DNA of 64,000 nt from the human T2T-CHM13v2.0 reference genome, Homo sapiens: the NCBI RefSeq assembly GCF_009914755.1, contig NC_060928.1; one strand, written 5' to 3'. The notes below the pieces were generated by a model, which did no database searches, was not told the origin of the DNA, and was given only the letters and a program-made list of their open reading frames with translations. Both the position numbers and the translations under genes were made by a program. How positions within the stretch are numbered: position 1 is the stretch's first letter; each line of letters opens with the position of its first letter. This document shows, piece after piece, positions 1-13,302 of the stretch.

Positions 1-42
1 TAGGTGACAGAGAGAGACTCCATCTCAAAAAAAAAACAAAAA
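1..42 (+). mobile_element. 3' end of an Alu, cut by the window edge
   Basis: GGTGACAGAGAGAGACTCCATCTC followed by an A tail. Confidence 0.85.
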
Positions 43-49
43 TGCTGTT

Positions 50-275
50 AGAATATGGACACAAAGAAGAGAGCAGTAGATATAGATACCAGATATAGAT
101 ACTTGAGGGTGAAGAGTGGGAGTAGCGTGAGGATGAAAAACTACCTATTGGGTACCATGCTCATTACCTGGATGATGAAATAATTTGTACCCCATAGCCC
201 CACAGCACACAATTTACCCATGTACAAACCTACACATGTATCCCCTGGACCTAAAATAAAAGTTGGAAAAAAAAA
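50..275 (+). mobile_element. Old primate L1 3' end (L1PA15/16 or L1PB-like)
   Basis: AAAACTACCTATTGGGTAC...ACAAACCTACACATGTA...CTAAAATAAAAGTT followed by an A run. Confidence 0.75.
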
Positions 276-984
276 TTTAGGGATCATTAGCAGATCATTG
301 CAAAATCTGCTAGGATTTTGCAGATAAACCATAAGATCCCTCGAAAATATTTTTCTTTGTAGAAACCATGTGAGTCTATACAGCAGGGTCTCAGGAGTAT
401 GAGGGATAGGCAGTAATATGTTCATCCTCCTGTTTAGTGAGAGAAGCTTCCCTGCAACAGTTTGAGAAATTGAGCATGGCAGTTTCGAAGGTATCTTCCA
501 GCTCTAAATCCTTCTTTGTGATAATCATGAGTAATGTGATGCATCCTTACTCTGACCCCAAGCAGAGGATTCTCTACTCAGGTTCTGGTGGCCAAACCTC
601 TCCTGCTTTCACTCACTGAGGGAATGGAAGAGTATTTCTATGAAGGAACTCCTGGGATCTCTACCCTTTCCTGTTACAGTAGCAATATGTTTGTGCCCCA
701 CTATCACCACCACATCTACTGAACTAGAGCCCATATAGACCTAATATTAGTGCCCAAAGTATTGTTGTGTATTTTTTATATTTGTATTATAATTGACTTC
801 ATTTTATAATCTCTACTATGTTTTTTCTTTTTCTTAATCACTTATATGCAATGTCTATCATATTTATTGTTATACATACTTATGATGACTTTAAATCCTT
901 TTTATAGAATTGGGATACAGCATTAAAATTTTATTGTAATGATTATGTTTCCAGCTATGAGGCATTAAATATTATGTAGTCCAA

Positions 985-1320
985 AACTTACAACTCTGTG
1001 AGGTAGGTATTTTCTTATTTATTTATTTATTTATTTATTTATTATATTTTAAGTTCTAGGGTACATGTGTACAATGTGCAGGTTTGTCACATATGTATAC
1101 ATGTGCCATGTTGGTGTGCTGCACCCATTAACTCGTCATTTACATTAGGTATATCTCCTAATGCTATCCCTAAGGTAGGTATTTTCATTGTTTTTTTTTT
1201 TAGAACAAGGAAACTAAGATTCGGGAAAGGCACTTGCCAAGGGGAAAAGTTACTCAGTGTCCTTAGAGCTAGGATTCAAGCCCAGGAAACTTCCCTCTAA
1301 AAACCATACTACTAATTACC
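985..1320 (-). mobile_element. MIR, interrupted by a short L1PA insertion
   Basis: MIR core fragments on both sides of the L1: CTGTGAGGTAGGTATT, GGAAACTAAG, GGATTCAAGCCCAGG. Confidence 0.6.
1015..1172 (-). mobile_element. Severely 5'-truncated L1PA (about L1PA3-5) 3' tip with 14-bp TSD
   Basis: L1PA 3'UTR reverse complement (GTACATGTG...GCACCCATTAACTCGTCATTTACATTAGG) with (TTTA)n tail. TSD AGGTAGGTATTTTC at 1001-1014 and 1173-1186. Confidence 0.9.
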
Positions 1321-1629
1321 TTTCTCAAGAACCTTCCAATTAGAATATTGTCAGAAAGTCACAATAAGTTATTTTGGTACTTGATTAGGCATGAAATCTT
1401 TGTGAGATAGCAGGCCGTTTCTGATTCTGATTCCTCAAGTCAGCTGGCCTTTTCTCTTTCCTTCTTGAGTCATTATCTTTTTGCTTTTTCTACTGTCCCT
1501 TCACTGACCCTCCAAACTTCCAGTCCACCTTCTCTGGAAATATCTTTCCACAATTTTAGTTCCTTTTTTGGCCCCAGAAATGTACCTCAGCTTCAGGTCT
1601 AAACTACTCTAAACTTCAGGTCAGAAGCA

Positions 1630-2090
1630 TTAATTAATTTGTTTATTCATTCAATAAATATTTATGAGTGCCTACTACATAGCACTGGGCAAACTGTAGT
1701 GAAGGGAACACACATGCTCCCTGTTCTCATGTTTCTTATGTTCAATAGGAATAGATAACACTAAACAAGTAAGTATATAGCATAACGTATCAGACACTGG
1801 CAGGTGTTGTGGAGAAAATAATGCAGGGCAAAGGAAATAGAGAAGTCTGAGCCTCAGAAAATAGAGAAGTGTTGTTACATTTATAAGGATGTCCAGGAAA
1901 AGCCTGTCTGATAAGGTAATATTTGAGCAGAGACATAAAAGAAATGTGAATTTAAAAGTGATGCTCTGAGGAAGAGACTTAGGGGCAGAGAAAAAGAACA
2001 GCATGAGTAAAGGCCCAGAAACAGGAATAATCTTGTGTTTCCCTAACAATGAGAAGGGCTGTGCGCTGGAACTGAGTGAGAATGAATGGA
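1630..2090 (-). mobile_element. L2 3' region
   Basis: TTCATTCAATAAATATTTATGAGTGCCTACT terminus followed by purine-rich L2 body. Confidence 0.7.
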
Positions 2091-2737
2091 TTCCTAAAAT
2101 TGCTTGACTCATCTATAATTCATTCAAGAATGGCATTTGACTTCTAAGATAGCCATTTTTCAGAAAATTTATTTTAGATTATATTAATTTTTTATACATA
2201 TGTTTATCGCTTCACAGAATAAAAAAGGCTTTTCCCAGATATTATCTCCTTTTCTCCTCAAAACATGCTGTCACTGGATCATGGGTCTAATTTGATTTGA
2301 TTATCCCAGCAACTGACACAAGACATGATGCATAGTAAGCACTCAATAAATGTATATGGAATTAATTAGTTGATGTATTAATTCTGTGGCACAATTTCTA
2401 ATTTTTCACCTTTACCATGTTCATTATTATTGAACATCAGTGATGGGACTATAATTCAGTGAAGCTTCAGAAGCTATAAAGATTTATCTAGCCATTTGCC
2501 TGTACCCTAACTTATATATGTATCTAATTTTTGTGCTGATTTACACTTTTTCTGCCTAACTCTTCCATTAAGTTCTTTAACATCTTTCTTCGCAATCAGT
2601 TTATGTATATTCCTAACTTATCGTATCTAATCTGCTATATTCTTGGAAACCAGATCACAGGCCTGTTAGACCTATATGTATGTAAAATAAAGTGACTTTT
2701 AAGTGAGAGCATGAAACCCTTTCTTAAAGAATAAATT

Positions 2738-3124
2738 TGCCTTAGTTCATTTGTACTGCTACAACAAAATGCCACAGACTGGGTAATTTATAAATAATAG
2801 AAATTTAGTTCTGGGAGCTGGAAATTCCAAGGTCAAGGCACCAGCAGGTTCAGTGTCTAGTAAGGGTTAAGTGTCTCTGCTTCCAAAATGGAACCTTGTT
2901 GCTGCATCCTCCAGAGGGGACAAACACTGTATTTTCACATGGCAGAAGGGATGGGAAGAAGCAAGCCCACTTCCTCAAGCCTTTTTATAAGGTCATTGAT
3001 CCCAATCATGAGAGCTCCACTGTCATGATTTAATCACCTCCTGAAGGCCTCACTTCTTAATACTACCACACTGGCAATTAAGTTTCAACATATGTATTGT
3101 GGGGAACACATTCAGACCATAGCA
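2738..3124 (-). mobile_element. MaLR solo LTR (MST family)
   Basis: TG...CA ends, AGACTGGGTAATTTATAAA motif, perfect 5-bp TSD AAATT (2733-2737, 3125-3129). Confidence 0.85.
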
Positions 3125-3629
3125 AAATTCACTAACTTTACTACTTGCTTCCTAACAGCTGTTCTGATCTCATAGGCATTTTGCTTATTTTTGCATCTGC
3201 AATGTAATTCTAGTGGATTAAAGTTGTTAGGCACAGTATACAATTGTGCCTTTCCCCCAACTTGCATCCAAAGAAAATTATAACGCATTTCATCCCATCA
3301 AACTTATAATCTATGGTATAATCTAAAGCCACATTAAGAGGTTATTCATCACACCAAACTGATCTCATTTACCAGAAGTAGCCACAGCTTACAGGTTTGT
3401 CTGAGCCCTTCTTTTTCCTCACTGAAGCAAGGGTTCCCAACCAATATTGATTATCTACCCACTTGGTGCAACATGATTGTAAATGTGCCCCTTGTTTTGG
3501 GGTACACTTAATGTGTCCTTTCCATAGAAGTCATTATCTCTATTTACCCTTTAGTTACCCTATACAAATTTTCAGTCAAATATTATTCTTTCCTCTTCTG
3601 ACTAAGAATTTTTTGGCATTACCAGTAAT

Positions 3630-4330
3630 TAATTTATTCTTTCATTCTTTCAGCAAGACTCTATTGGGAGCCTACTACATGCCAAGCACTGCTCTGGGCA
3701 CTGCAGATTTAGCATTGTAGAGGCAGAGGTTACCTTTATTCTGTTAGCTAAATGAATAGCTCTAAGGGTAAGAGCTAAATAGATGGCTATAAATAAAGGT
3801 ACACCAATAGTAATAGCGATAAATTCTATGAAAAAATAAAGCAGAGAATCCAGGTATAGCGTGATAGGCTGAGCATTTATTTAAAAGAGGGTGGTCACAA
3901 AAAATATATAAGCATGTGAAGTGATGGACATGTTAATTAGCTTAATTTCACCATTTCACAAGTACATTTATTAAAACATCACCTTGTACACTATAAATAC
4001 ATGCAATTTTTATTTGTCAATTATACCTTAACAGAGCTGGGTGAAATTTTAAAAAAAAGAAAAAAGAGTGGTCAAGGAAAGCCTCACCAAAGAGGTTATG
4101 TGTAAGTGGAGACCTGAAAGAGTAAGGAAGTAAACCACATGAGTATTTGGGGAGAGCATATCCTTAAGAGGAAACAGAAAGACTAAAACCTTGAGGTGTG
4201 AACAAACTTGATATGTTCTAGGAGTAGCATAAAGGCAAGTATGTCTAGAGCATAGTGAGTAGGAAAGGAAATGATACAATATAAGGCCTAAGGCAAGGAC
4301 CAAGTAATGTAAGGATTTTTGAACATCAGT
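3630..4330 (-). mobile_element. L2 interrupted by an L1M 3' tip
   Basis: TTCATTC...GAGCCTACTACATGCCAAGCACTG end; purine-rich L2 body resumes after the L1. Confidence 0.6.
3898..4060 (+). mobile_element. L1MA-type 3' tip nested in L2
   Basis: GTGATGGACATGTTAATTAGCTT...AATTTTTATTTGTCAATTATACC with A tail; degenerate TSD ending GTGGTCA on both sides. Confidence 0.7.
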
Positions 4331-4529
4331 TGTCACTACTTCCCAACAGTTCATTGTGTGTTTGACTTGGTGCTACTTCTGGACAGTTTTCTTAAAGTCA
4401 GTGTAAAGAGCATAGGACATGTATTGCAAATAATTTTGGTAGGGTAACTTGCATGATACCATATTAATAAAATTCAGGAGAAAATATGGAGACAACAGTA
4501 CTCACAGTTGTACATTCTGTTTTTTTTTT

Positions 4530-5152
4530 TGTGGTTGTTGATGCAGGTGAAATTCACTTATGTAAAATTAACTATTTTAAAGTAAACAATTCAGTAGCAT
4601 TCAGCATATTCACAGTATTGTGCCACTACAACCTCTGTCTAATCCAAAACATTTTCATCACCCCAAAAGGAACCCATCCTCATTAATCAGTTGCACCCAA
4701 TTTTCCCTACACTGGCAACCACCAATCTACTCTCTCTATCTATGGCTGTACATACTCTAGATATTTCTTGTAAATAGAAGCATACAATATGTGGCCATAT
4801 ATGTCTGGCTTCTTTCACTTAGCATAATGTTTTTGAAGTTCATCTATGTTATAACATGTATCAGTACATAATTTGTTTTCATAGTTGAATAATATTTCAT
4901 TGTATGTACATAGGCAAATTTGTTTCTCCATTCATCCACAGATGGACATTTCAATTGTTTCTACTTTTTAGCTATCGTGAATAGTACAACCATGAACATG
5001 TATGTAGAAGTATTTGTCTGAACACTGTGTTTTGTTCTTGTGGTACATACCTAGAAGAAGAATTGCTAGATCATATGGTAATTCTATGTTTAACTTTTTG
5101 AGTAGTCACCAAAATGTTTTCCAAAGGGGCTGAACCACATTACAGTCCCACA
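4530..5152 (-). mobile_element. L1MB/MC-type 3' region
   Basis: TCTGGCTTCTTTCACTTAGCATAATGTTTT...AATTGCTAGATCATATGGTAATTCTATGTTTAAC. Confidence 0.75.
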
Positions 5153-5535
5153 GCACTCTGATTCTTAAACTACCTCTATATACAGATGCTCCTTGAAATA
5201 CACTGGGATTATATTCTCATGTATTGAATGCATGTCACTTTTACACCATCATAAAGCTGAAAAATCTTTACTTGAACCATCATTAAATCAGGGCTTGTCT
5301 GTTCTCTGCAAGCTCTTGCTTCCTCATACCTTATCTTCCCTAGATTGGAGCTGTTTATACTGAGTTATCATACTTTGCCAAAACTGATAACCTGATTAGT
5401 TGGTTCTCCCAAACCAGCTGAAATGGACTTTAATTAGAAAAACTAAGAAAAATAAAATTAATAAAAATATAAAGCTAAACTTTAGAAGCTAAAATTCTGT
5501 TGCATAATTTCTAACCCAAACTACCCTAGTCATGA

Positions 5536-5625
5536 TATATATAAAAGATAGACGGATAGACAGATAATCTTCTATTGATTCTGTTTCACTAGAGAACCCC
5601 AATACATACTCCATTATGGCTAGAG

Positions 5626-5681
<56 letters not shown>

Positions 5682-6173
5682 CAGTTAGGCAGATGTATTA
5701 TAAGGAATTGGCTTATGAGGTTATGGAGGCTGAGAAGTCTCAAGATATGCAGGCAGCAAGCTGGAGATCCAGCAGAGCTAAGTGTGTAGTTCCTGTCCAG
5801 GTTTGAAAATCTGAGAACCAGGAGAACTGGTAGTGTGCATTCCAGTCTAAAATCTGACAGGTTCGATACTCAAGAGTCAATGTTTCAGTTTAAATCTAAA
5901 GATAGGAAAAGATCAATGTTCCAGCTCAAGGCAGTCAGGCAGAAGGAGCTCCCTCTTACTTGCAAAATAGTCAGTCTTTTTGTTCTACTTAAGACTTCAT
6001 GTGATTGGATGAGGGCCACCATCTTTAGAGAAGGCAATCTGCTTTACTCAGTCTACTAATTGAATGTTAGTCTCATCCAAAACATCCTCACAGACACACC
6101 CATAATAATGTTTGACCAATTATCTGGGCACCCCATAGCTCATTCAAGTTCTCATGTAATGTTAACCCTCACA
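5536..6173 (-). mobile_element. MLT2 (ERVL) solo LTR whose terminal ~70 bp are locally inverted
   Basis: Body TTATAAGGAATTGGCT...GGAGGCTGAGAAGTC...TTAACCCTCACA. The terminal piece TTCTGTTTCACTAGAGAACCCCAATACA is in the opposite orientation. TSD GAGTA is present once direct and once inverted. Confidence 0.85.
5626..5680. repeat. (TAGA)n tetranucleotide microsatellite, about 13-14 perfect units
   Basis: Seen directly. Confidence 0.97.
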
Positions 6174-6449
6174 GAGTACTTTTGAGCCAGCACAATTTTT
6201 AGGACCTCAACTGAATTCAGATGGCCCTTATATAACCCATGTTGTCTAGAGTATTTCTTATTGGAGAATCCACAGTATCTGTTAATTATGAGGCTTATGA
6301 AATCATTGATTAGCTGAATTATTTCCTTACTGTGTACCAGTAACTGTACCAAGAAGTGAACACTAAAGATTTCATACTCAAAAGGAAAAACAACTCATAA
6401 ATAAATAAATTAGAAACTACCTTGAACTATTTGAAATCAAGGAATAGAA

Positions 6450-6617
6450 CAGTGATTCTTAACAGTGTGGTATAATGTCCCCTATATCAAAATCACCCAG
6501 GGTATGTTGCCTTTGCTCAGAATGATTGTTCTGAATCTCTGGGTTAGGACCCGGAAGTCTACATTTTGTTAAGTTTCCCAGATAATCTTTATGTACATAG
6601 AAGTTTGAGAAGCACTG
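6450..6617. mobile_element. MER5-like hAT-Charlie MITE
   Basis: CAGTGATTCTTAAC...AAGTTTGAGAAGCACTG terminal inverted repeats; internal AATCACC motif. Confidence 0.7.
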
Positions 6618-8981
6618 ATAGGAAATGCTTTTATTTTAGCAATTTTCAAAATAATTTGAAATCAAATGTTTTCTAATTACTTTTTCCAATTTGAATTATG
6701 TTGAAATTCTTCACCAAGATTCAAAACAGTTTATGAAAATAAAGTAGTAAATAAGTGTTCTACAATGGCCATTTTCAAATCTTTATGAGTTTATTGCCTT
6801 ACTAGATCAATCAAAATTCATTCATGTTCCCATTCAATAAATACTTACTTTCCCTTCTGTTCTTGACATCACGCTGGGTTTTGGGAATGCAGCAGTGAAT
6901 AGGATAGACATTGCTCATGGAGTTTATAGTCCAGCTTTAATCTCACATTTTGTTTTTAACACATAACACAAACCTTTTTTTGGAAGGGGGTGGGTTGCTG
7001 AACATTTAATTACTGTGGTTTTTTTTAAGTATTTAGCATTTTCATGTCTTGAGCAGAACAGATGCGCTACTTAAGGAGTTTCATACCTCTGCAACTAAAA
7101 GGAAATCTATTTGTTCTGCAATAACAGTAAGTGGATTGAGACACCTCAGTCCCCTCATGTGAAATCTTACAGCTCTGCTTCCTTTTCTGCTTTCCTGTTA
7201 AAAGCAAGTATTTTAAATTAAGGTATTAAAATTATGTTTATAGTAATATATAAACATCCCTTTTCTGCACAATTGAATGAATGAGATTTAACTAATAGTT
7301 TCCTAGAGATACTATATAGCAAAAAATAATGAACTATTTTTAACACTTATTTTCTTTTAAAAAGTACATTAGTATTTTGACTAAGCATGTCAACCATAAG
7401 CTAAATAGCATATGCATAACAATTTCAAGTGAATACTTCGTGATGGTAGCACTTACTTAATAGTTTTCTCTTTTCCCCACTAACCTGTCATTATTTGCCA
7501 ATTTCAGCTCAAGAACTCCTCTGGGAAAATCATTCTTCACCGCTGTAATTTAGAGGTTATATATAATGTATGCTCAAGACCAGTTAAAGTATGTAACAGA
7601 AGTAACTCAAGATTGCTCTATAACTCTTTTCTCTGCTTTCACACAAACCTTTGTCCTTACTCTGTTATTACAATAGAAACAATAAAATACATAAGCATTC
7701 AGGTGAAGAATGAAAATTCACTAATGTCATTTAGAAAAAATACCAAGAAGGGTTTATATGAAGGATATAAAGCCCTGTGAAGTTACTATAATACAGCTAC
7801 TTGGATTATCTTCCTGTTTAGTGCTGATTAACTCCAAAAGTGTTACGGCTCAATTTAAAAATATAGTTTAAAATTTTAGGCATATGCCTGATGTTTTCAT
7901 GTGAGTAACAGAAAGTAATGGAACATGGAATTTTCTGACAGGACAATAAGGACCTTTTAAAGTTGGCAGAATTACAAAGGATTTCATTCACAAAGCTAAA
8001 ACTCAACTTCTGTGTATTAGGAAAGGATTTAAGACCATATATCCATTTCTCATTTGATCTTCATACAAAACCTGGGAGTTACATATTGTTATTCTTGTTT
8101 TCCAAGGGGGAACTGTGATTTGGAAAGGTTCAGTAACTTGTCCAAGCCTCGTATTATTACTGCATAGTAATCAAGTAGCAGAGCCAGAGTCCTAAGTCAC
8201 TCGGATTTCAATCTGCTGCTGTTCTGCCATGGTCATGTATGTTGGTGAGGCCAAGCACAAGAACTGGGCATTCAGCAGATGGTGGCCTTGGCCTAAGGCA
8301 ATTTAACAAGAGCGAAGATAATCTCTAAGACTCCTCACTGTACTTAGCAAATTCCTAGGTGAAAGCTCATAGAAAACACAGTCCAGCCTTTGGTCTTTAA
8401 GACTATTTTAATCTGGCAGGACAAATACAGTTTCTACATTTTTATATGTAGACTTCACATTTAGAATATGGGCAACTGAGAGCTGAGTGATTGTTTTGCC
8501 ATTAGGAGTGTTAATTAAGTTAGATAATGCAGTGCTATGTCTATAGATTTCTTGTCAAGGGAGTTTAAATACTGTTGCAAAAACTGACTGGGTATTATGC
8601 TTCCCACTAGCTTACCTATCTTTCCTGCATTCTTTCTTATTTCCCTGCTGAATGTCAATTGTGTAGGTAGGTCAAATAGTAAAGTTGATCCTGGCCTTAT
8701 TATTTATTTTCCTCTAAGGGTATCTTTCCTCTAATTGTTCCTGAGGCCCTACTCTAATATTAACCTAATTAACTGTTTTCAGCATATTTCAATGTTTTTC
8801 TTGTCTAAGCACAAGTCTTGTATAGTCTTTCCAGTTCTAAACCTGGTCAGAGAGAGACTAAGGTGGTCATTGGAGCACTTCATGGTGCTCCAGTGTCCTG
8901 CAGTCCAACTCTGCAGATTGTACAGTGAGTAAGTGTTCTTTAATCTGGATGCCAGTGGGTAAACATTACTAGTTTGGCTGG

Positions 8982-9473
8982 TGTGGTGGCTCATCTTATG
9001 TGTGAACGTAACTAAGCTAAGGGATGCCCATATAGCTGCTACAACATGATTTGAGGTGTGTCCGTGGGAGTGTTTCTGGAAGAGATAAGCTTTTGAATTG
9101 GTGAGCTAAGTAAAGCAGATGGCCCTCCCCAATGTAGGGGGCATCATCCAATTTACTGAGGGATTGAATAGAACTAAGAGGTGGAGGAAGGGCAAATTCA
9201 CTCTCTCTGCTTGAGCTGAGGCATCCATCTTTATCTGCCTCAGACATAGGCGCTCCTGGCTTCAGGCTTTCAAACTGCCACTTATACCATCACCCACCAC
9301 CACCACCAATTTCTCAGGCCTTCAGATGCAAACTGAATTATATCACCAGCTTTCTTAGTTCTCCAGCTTGCCTCCACAACCACATGAGCCAAATCCTGTA
9401 ATAAATGGCCTCCTATATCTATATCCATATCTATTTCCTATCGTCCTGTCTCTGGAAAATCCTAAATAATATA
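8982..9473 (+). mobile_element. MLT2B-like (ERVL) solo LTR
   Basis: TGTGGTGG start; GAGCTAAGTAAAGCAGATGGCCCTCCCCAATGT; GGAGGAAGGGCAAATTCACTCTCT; 4/5 TSD GCTGG/GCTGA. Confidence 0.8.
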
Positions 9474-10556
9474 GCTGACTATTCACTGACCAATCTAGTC
9501 TTCCCATTCCCCTCATACCTTTAGGCTTTGAAAACTAAAAGTGACAGTTAAATATTGAAAGTGGAAAAAAGAGCATCCTTGTCTTCGTTTCTGGAAGATT
9601 ATGTCACCACAGTTCTGTATGCCAGTGATAAGAGGGTTCATGTTGTATTCTTGTTGTTTCCATGGACAACAGAAGCAGTGAGCTTTGAAATCCAAAATCC
9701 TTGTTAAGTCACCTCTTTAGCTCTTAAATAGCTTTGTGACCAAGGGAAAGCCACTTAAACTATGTAAATCATGTCTACCACTTCTGAAATGGGAATAATA
9801 ATCTCTAGTATACTAAGTATATCTGATGCCTGGAGGAGGTATGAGTGCGTGTACACGCGTGTGTGTAGATAGACACATAGGCATAGGAGCTTATCATTTG
9901 CTGCTTAATTGATTTCATTTACTCTAGCAAATATAGACATTTATATTTCTAAATAGTATATGATTGACTATAAAATATTAACTCTAAAAGTACTGTGCTC
10001 AAACAAAAATATTTTTATCTGCTAAAATAGGCCAAAATATAATCTAAGAAGCATAAATAAGAAACAAAAAAATTATCAAGACATTCCACCAAGAATGCCA
10101 CACGTGTCATCAACACTAACATAAATCTTCATGTAAAACTTCTTTGCAATTACTTTTAATTTCAATTTCTGCCTCTTCATCTATTTGATTTATTCTGCTA
10201 ACAAAAGTTAGAGAAAATTCAAAGGCTATCATTTTGCTCAGTTCTCAGAACTCAGATTCTTTAAATTAGTTCTTTTTTGTCTTCAACTAGATATTTTAAT
10301 GCCTGCAAACTTTCTTAGCTTTACAGAATGAAGACTTGAAAAAAAAAAAAAACTAAGTTAGTGGGGTAGCATACAGATTAAAATTTGGAAAGATAATTTT
10401 GAAATTTTTGTGTTAAATTGTATTTGAAATGCAATTATCATATAATTAAGTTGCACACTATGTTCCCTTCTAACACTCTGATTAGCATTTTCAACTGTTT
10501 TGTTTGCTAAAGCATAAACAATTATTTTCTGCTGCAGAAATGGTTGCTTCATTGCT

Positions 10557-10745
10557 GTAGCCATGAGTGGCTTAATGATGGAGGTGTGTTCTAAAAAATG
10601 TGTTGTTAGCCAATTTTGTTGTTGTGTAAACATCACAGAGTATACTTACACAAACCTAGATGGTATACCCTACTACACACCTAGGACCACCAAAATATAC
10701 ATGCTACATTGTTGACTGAAACATCATTATGAGATTCATAACTAC
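10557..10745. mobile_element. Tigger3/MER7-like TcMar DNA transposon remnant, internally deleted
   Basis: AACATCACAGAGTATACTTACACAAACCTAGATGGTAT...CTACACACCTAGG, and GTTGACTGAAACATCATTATG end. Confidence 0.7.
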
Positions 10746-13244
10746 ATAAGTATGTGTTGATACACAGAGCAGTATTTATATTAGTCAAAAAAGTAAACAA
10801 CTTAAATGTACAACAATAGGATAAAATGGGTAAATAAATTATAGTATACTCATTTGATGCAATATTCTGCATTCATTACAAAATTTGGTTTTGGAAGATT
10901 AATGTGATAGGAGAAAGCCCATGATATACTGTCAAATGAAAATTCAAAACTCTGTATTTTTAATCCTGATTGGTATAGCTTTAATTTTTATTTTATGGCA
11001 CTAATTTACCTATATAACTATATGCCTGCAAATATTATTATATATGTTTATTTATTGAGAAAAAATGGAAAGAAAACACATCATAATACTTTATTAGTGA
11101 TTTTAATTATTTTTAATTAGAAAAAATGTTATTTTAAAAATAATAATTGATACATGGAATTGTAAATTACCTTCCTATATATAGTACAGTATTTTGGAAA
11201 AACTAAAAACAAAAGTCCCATTTTTCAATAATCAAGCCACTTTTGAAGGTAGACATCTATGTTCTTAGGGTTCCTGGATTGGCATTTGAGGAGACCACTA
11301 AATTGTGCCTCTTCAGACAATCGTGATTCCTTACCTCCTCCATGACCACAGTACTCTATCAGATGGGTTTTGCTTGCCCAGAATACATGTGGTTTTCTGT
11401 CTGTGGTCGTGGAGCACTGACTTAATTTATTATAATTAGAATTTTAGATATGATCACACCATTTTAGACATGTTGCATATACAGAATAAAGTATAATTTT
11501 ATATCATTTTTATATTTTGTTCATAGTAATGAGTAGACTACTTCAGTTTAAAATAGAATAATGCTGAATAAAATCATTCTAGTAATGAAGGGTTTAGTGA
11601 AAAGGATATGACCTAAGAATATTGCTGGGTACTTAAGCTTTTTACAAGGGTTAGGCCAGTAACAAATATATTTTTAAAAGGTGGGAATAATGGATGAATG
11701 TATAATAATGTTCTCATAAACATCTGCAAAATCTGGTTTACAAAAACAACATAAAAGATGACAAATATCACTGTTTATCTTAAGTATATAAAATATCATC
11801 TAGAAATAATTTTCCCCTCTTTACCATATATAGGCATAATTAGTATCTGCCATCTGTTTCAATGTATCTTTTATGTGTTTAGTGTTTATTTCTAGAATAT
11901 CAAATAAATAGGTAAAATGGAAATTCAAATCTGCAAATTCAGGGCTAATTTAGTAACTTAAATCATTGTATTCTAGTTGACTAAGAGGTTAGTTCGCAGG
12001 AACTTTATTTAGCTTCTAAGGCCTAAGAAGAAGACAGGTTTCTTATATATAGTTTTTCTTATCAAGTTTTGTAAATGTACATTAAAAATGCAATCAAGGA
12101 TCACAAAGCAAAGTTCGAATTCCAATTAAGTTTGAACAAAAAGAAAGGCAAAAAGAAGGTTCATTTTACCAAATTGTAAGACTTAAAGCACTGAACACAA
12201 AAAAAATATGTTCAAATAGATTTCGAATCTATATTTTAACCACTGAAAGAAGAAAAATAAGAGACTGAAATGAAGTGAGTAAAATGGAAAAAGAAGAAAG
12301 ATATGATCTAAGTGGAAGGAAAGATAGGAAGGGTGGGCTAGAATGTTCAACTGGGGAACAACAGAATTGAGAGAGGAAGAAGGGGAGAAGAAAGAAAGGG
12401 AAGATATTATAATTGTCAGCATTATATATATATATTTATACACAAAATGTGTGTGTATTATAATTGTCAGCAGTACAAATATACAGACACTTGTATATGT
12501 ATACTATATATCTTACACCTAGGTATATCCTTCCCCACACCAGGGTCCAGCATCTGACCTAGAAGTCCCATTTGTAACTTCATCATGTCCAGCTGGCTGG
12601 ATTCCTCCTCCCCCATCCAAACCGTGCCCCACCTTGTAAGGACCTAACCTGTCCCTGATGACATTGCTGTCAGTTCATTCTTTTGCTCCCATAGTTAGGT
12701 GTAGAGATCCACCAACAGGCCTGTCTTCTATTTCTGAGTGTCATCAGGACGCACATATTACATGGTTCAGCTGTGCACACCAAAAAGCTTGCTTATGTTA
12801 AGAGAGTAGTGATACCAAAAGAATTAGATAGCTAAATTTCAAAAACTTACCATTGGCTAGATGAGTCTAAATTTGAACCCAGAAGTTCTCTACCTCTGCT
12901 TTTAAAATCAGGAAGAATCTCTTGCATTCAGATAAAGCATACAATCATGGGGTAGTCAATGAATAAAAAACTCTATCTGCTTATGATCCAAAAAAGTTGG
13001 GACCATAAACATGATGAGGCAGACCTTCCAGATGTCAGCTTTATAATTAAGAAAATAAGATTTAGTTGTGGGCCCAACTGTATTAAGGAAAGGGAGAAAG
13101 AAGATAAGGTGTGATAGAGTAGAAGGAATGCCTAATTTGGATCTATATCCGTAAGCTAGGATACCACTAATTTCATCTATGAAAGATCATTTACAAATCT
13201 AACAGCATTACTTTCTGCCTAGTTGAAGTGAACACTCAACTACC

Positions 13245-13302
13245 GTGTGTGTGTATGTGTATGTGAGAGAGAGACAGAGACAGAGAAGGAGACAGAGAGA
13301 GG
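13245..13302. repeat. Compound (TG)n/(GA)n simple repeat
   Basis: Seen directly. Confidence 0.8.

Noticed and set aside
5489-5743. 84-aa ORF with (LSIY)n repeats
   Set aside because: It is just the translation of the (TCTA)n microsatellite and MLT2 sequence.
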